From Dehalococcoidia bacterium (GTDB lineage: Bacteria; Chloroflexota; Dehalococcoidia; Lucifugimonadales; GCA-2712585), in contig CBDFHC010000004.1 in the NCBI GenBank assembly GCA_965247585.1, positions 881,460 to 945,459 on the forward strand: a stretch of 64,000 nucleotides of DNA. Reading direction: 5' to 3'. This document shows, one piece after another, positions 63,063-64,000 of the stretch. Position numbers and translations under genes: made by a program. Below the pieces are notes generated by a model. The model was not told the origin of the DNA. It was given only the letters and a program-made list of their open reading frames with translations, and made no database searches. Position 1 is the stretch's first letter. Each line of letters begins with the position of its first letter.

Positions 63063-64000
63063 CGGCGGGCGGCGGGTGTGCCAGTCCGTGGCGCGCTGGT
63101 AAGCGTACCCGGCGTTCAGCGCGGTGGCCTCTTCAAAGGGGCGTCCGGCCAGTTGAAGGCCGATGGGCAAACCATTGCTGAAACCGCAGGGGACCGTCAG
63201 CGCCGGGAAGCCAGTCAGGTTGAACGGGCGGGTGTACTGGGTCAGCGCGGCGATGGCGCCGATCTTCTGTCCGCCTACCTCCAGCTCCTGGGCACCGATG
63301 GGGGGCGCCACCATGGGCTCCATGGGTCCCGCCAGCAGGTCCACCTCCCGCAGCAGCTCTCGGGCCGACTCGGTGAACACTGCCCGGGCCCGCTGGGCGC
63401 GTACGTAGTCCACGCCGGAAATGAACATCCCCGCTTCTATGCGCCATCTGATGGACGGGTCATACTCGTTGCCCCGCTCCAGGACCATATCCCGGTGGAA
63501 GGCGGTGGCCTCCGAGTAGAGCACCACGGTGGACATGGCCGCCGAGTGGTGGTACATGGGCCAGGACACCTCTCGCACTTCAGCGCCCAGCTCTTGGAGG
63601 ACCTCCAAGGCTCGCTCCACGGCGCTCTTAACCTCGGCGTCCACCGGCACCTCGAAGTACTCCTTTGGCACGCCGATGCGCAGGCCCTTAACATTGCCGG
63701 TCAACGCGGCGCGGTAGTCCTGCACGGGCACGTCAGCGGAGGCCGGGTCTTTGGGATCGTAGCCCGCAACCACGTTCAACGCCAGGGCGCAGTCTTCAAC
63801 GGTCCGGCACATGGGACCCGGGTGGTCCAGCGACCATGATAGGGGCACCAGGCCGTAGCGGCTCACCCGACCGTAGGTGGGTTTGATGCCGGATAGACCG
63901 CAGAGGGCGCTGGGAATACGAATGGAGCCCCCGGTGTCTGTCCCCATGGTGATGGTGCACTGTCCAGCCGCGGCGGCGGACCCCGACCCGCCGCTGGAGC
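63057..64000 (-). CDS. amidase (amidase-signature family, GatA-like), 5' end off the window
   Basis: The frame is open to the window edge. ...SSGGSGSAAAAGQCTITMGTDTGGSIRIPSALCG is the amidase signature. The C-terminus lies in the right repeat copy. Confidence 0.9.
   Translation of the reverse strand, partial: SSGGSGSAAAAGQCTITMGTDTGGSIRIPSALCGLSGIKPTYGRVSRYGLVPLSWSLDHPGPMCRTVEDCALALNVVAGYDPKDPASADVPVQDYRAALTGNVKGLRIGVPKEYFEVPVDAEVKSAVERALEVLQELGAEVREVSWPMYHHSAAMSTVVLYSEATAFHRDMVLERGNEYDPSIRWRIEAGMFISGVDYVRAQRARAVFTESARELLREVDLLAGPMEPMVAPPIGAQELEVGGQKIGAIAALTQYTRPFNLTGFPALTVPCGFSNGLPIGLQLAGRPFEEATALNAGYAYQRATDWHTRRPPM
63063..63260. repeat. 198-bp direct repeat, right copy (inside the intact amidase CDS)
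   Basis: See 61855-62052. The repeat ends two codons before the amidase stop. Confidence 0.9.

Overview
This is a 64-kb, high-G+C bacterial chromosomal segment that is densely coding on both strands. All functional calls rest on reading the supplied translations and the DNA by eye (motifs, architecture, synteny). No similarity search, RNA folding or statistics could be run.

Core content:
- A conserved translation block: tRNA-Thr, tRNA-Tyr, tRNA-Thr, tuf, rpmG, secE, nusG, rplK, rplA, rplJ, rplL.
- prfA-prmC.
- A complete pstSCAB-phoU operon next to a phoB/phoR-like two-component pair, with a TTAACA-type Pho box.
- Citrate synthase.
- A Dpp/Opp-type ABC importer (binding protein plus two permeases).
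- Many catabolic-type enzymes: LLM/F420 oxidoreductases, family III CoA-transferases, MaoC hydratase, crotonase, TcuA-like flavoproteins, amidohydrolase, amidase, aminotransferase and aldo/keto reductase.
- This gene mix, plus an LPXTG-type sorting signal, suggests a monoderm Chloroflexota-like organism. That is an inference only.

Accessory or unusual content:
1. A peroxiredoxin whose single in-frame TGA sits exactly at the peroxidatic-Cys position, with a downstream hairpin. It is a candidate selenoprotein and is split in the ORF track.
2. A roughly 1-kb low-G+C cassette encoding an SRA-like/HNH nuclease, flanked by 198-bp direct repeats of the amidase 3' end.
3. A family of roughly 145-nt hairpin-rich intergenic repeats with four copies, two of them in tandem.
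4. A res-mod (Type III-like) restriction-modification island abutting phoB.
5. A C9 homopolymer that splits one membrane/coiled-coil gene into two ORFs.
6. Two unannotated desulforedoxin-like mini-ORFs.
7. A decaying locus holding a frameshifted DEDDy exonuclease and an HD-domain gene remnant.

Two real genes are absent from the ORF track: rpmG (below the size cut-off) and the edge-truncated flavoprotein at 1-955.
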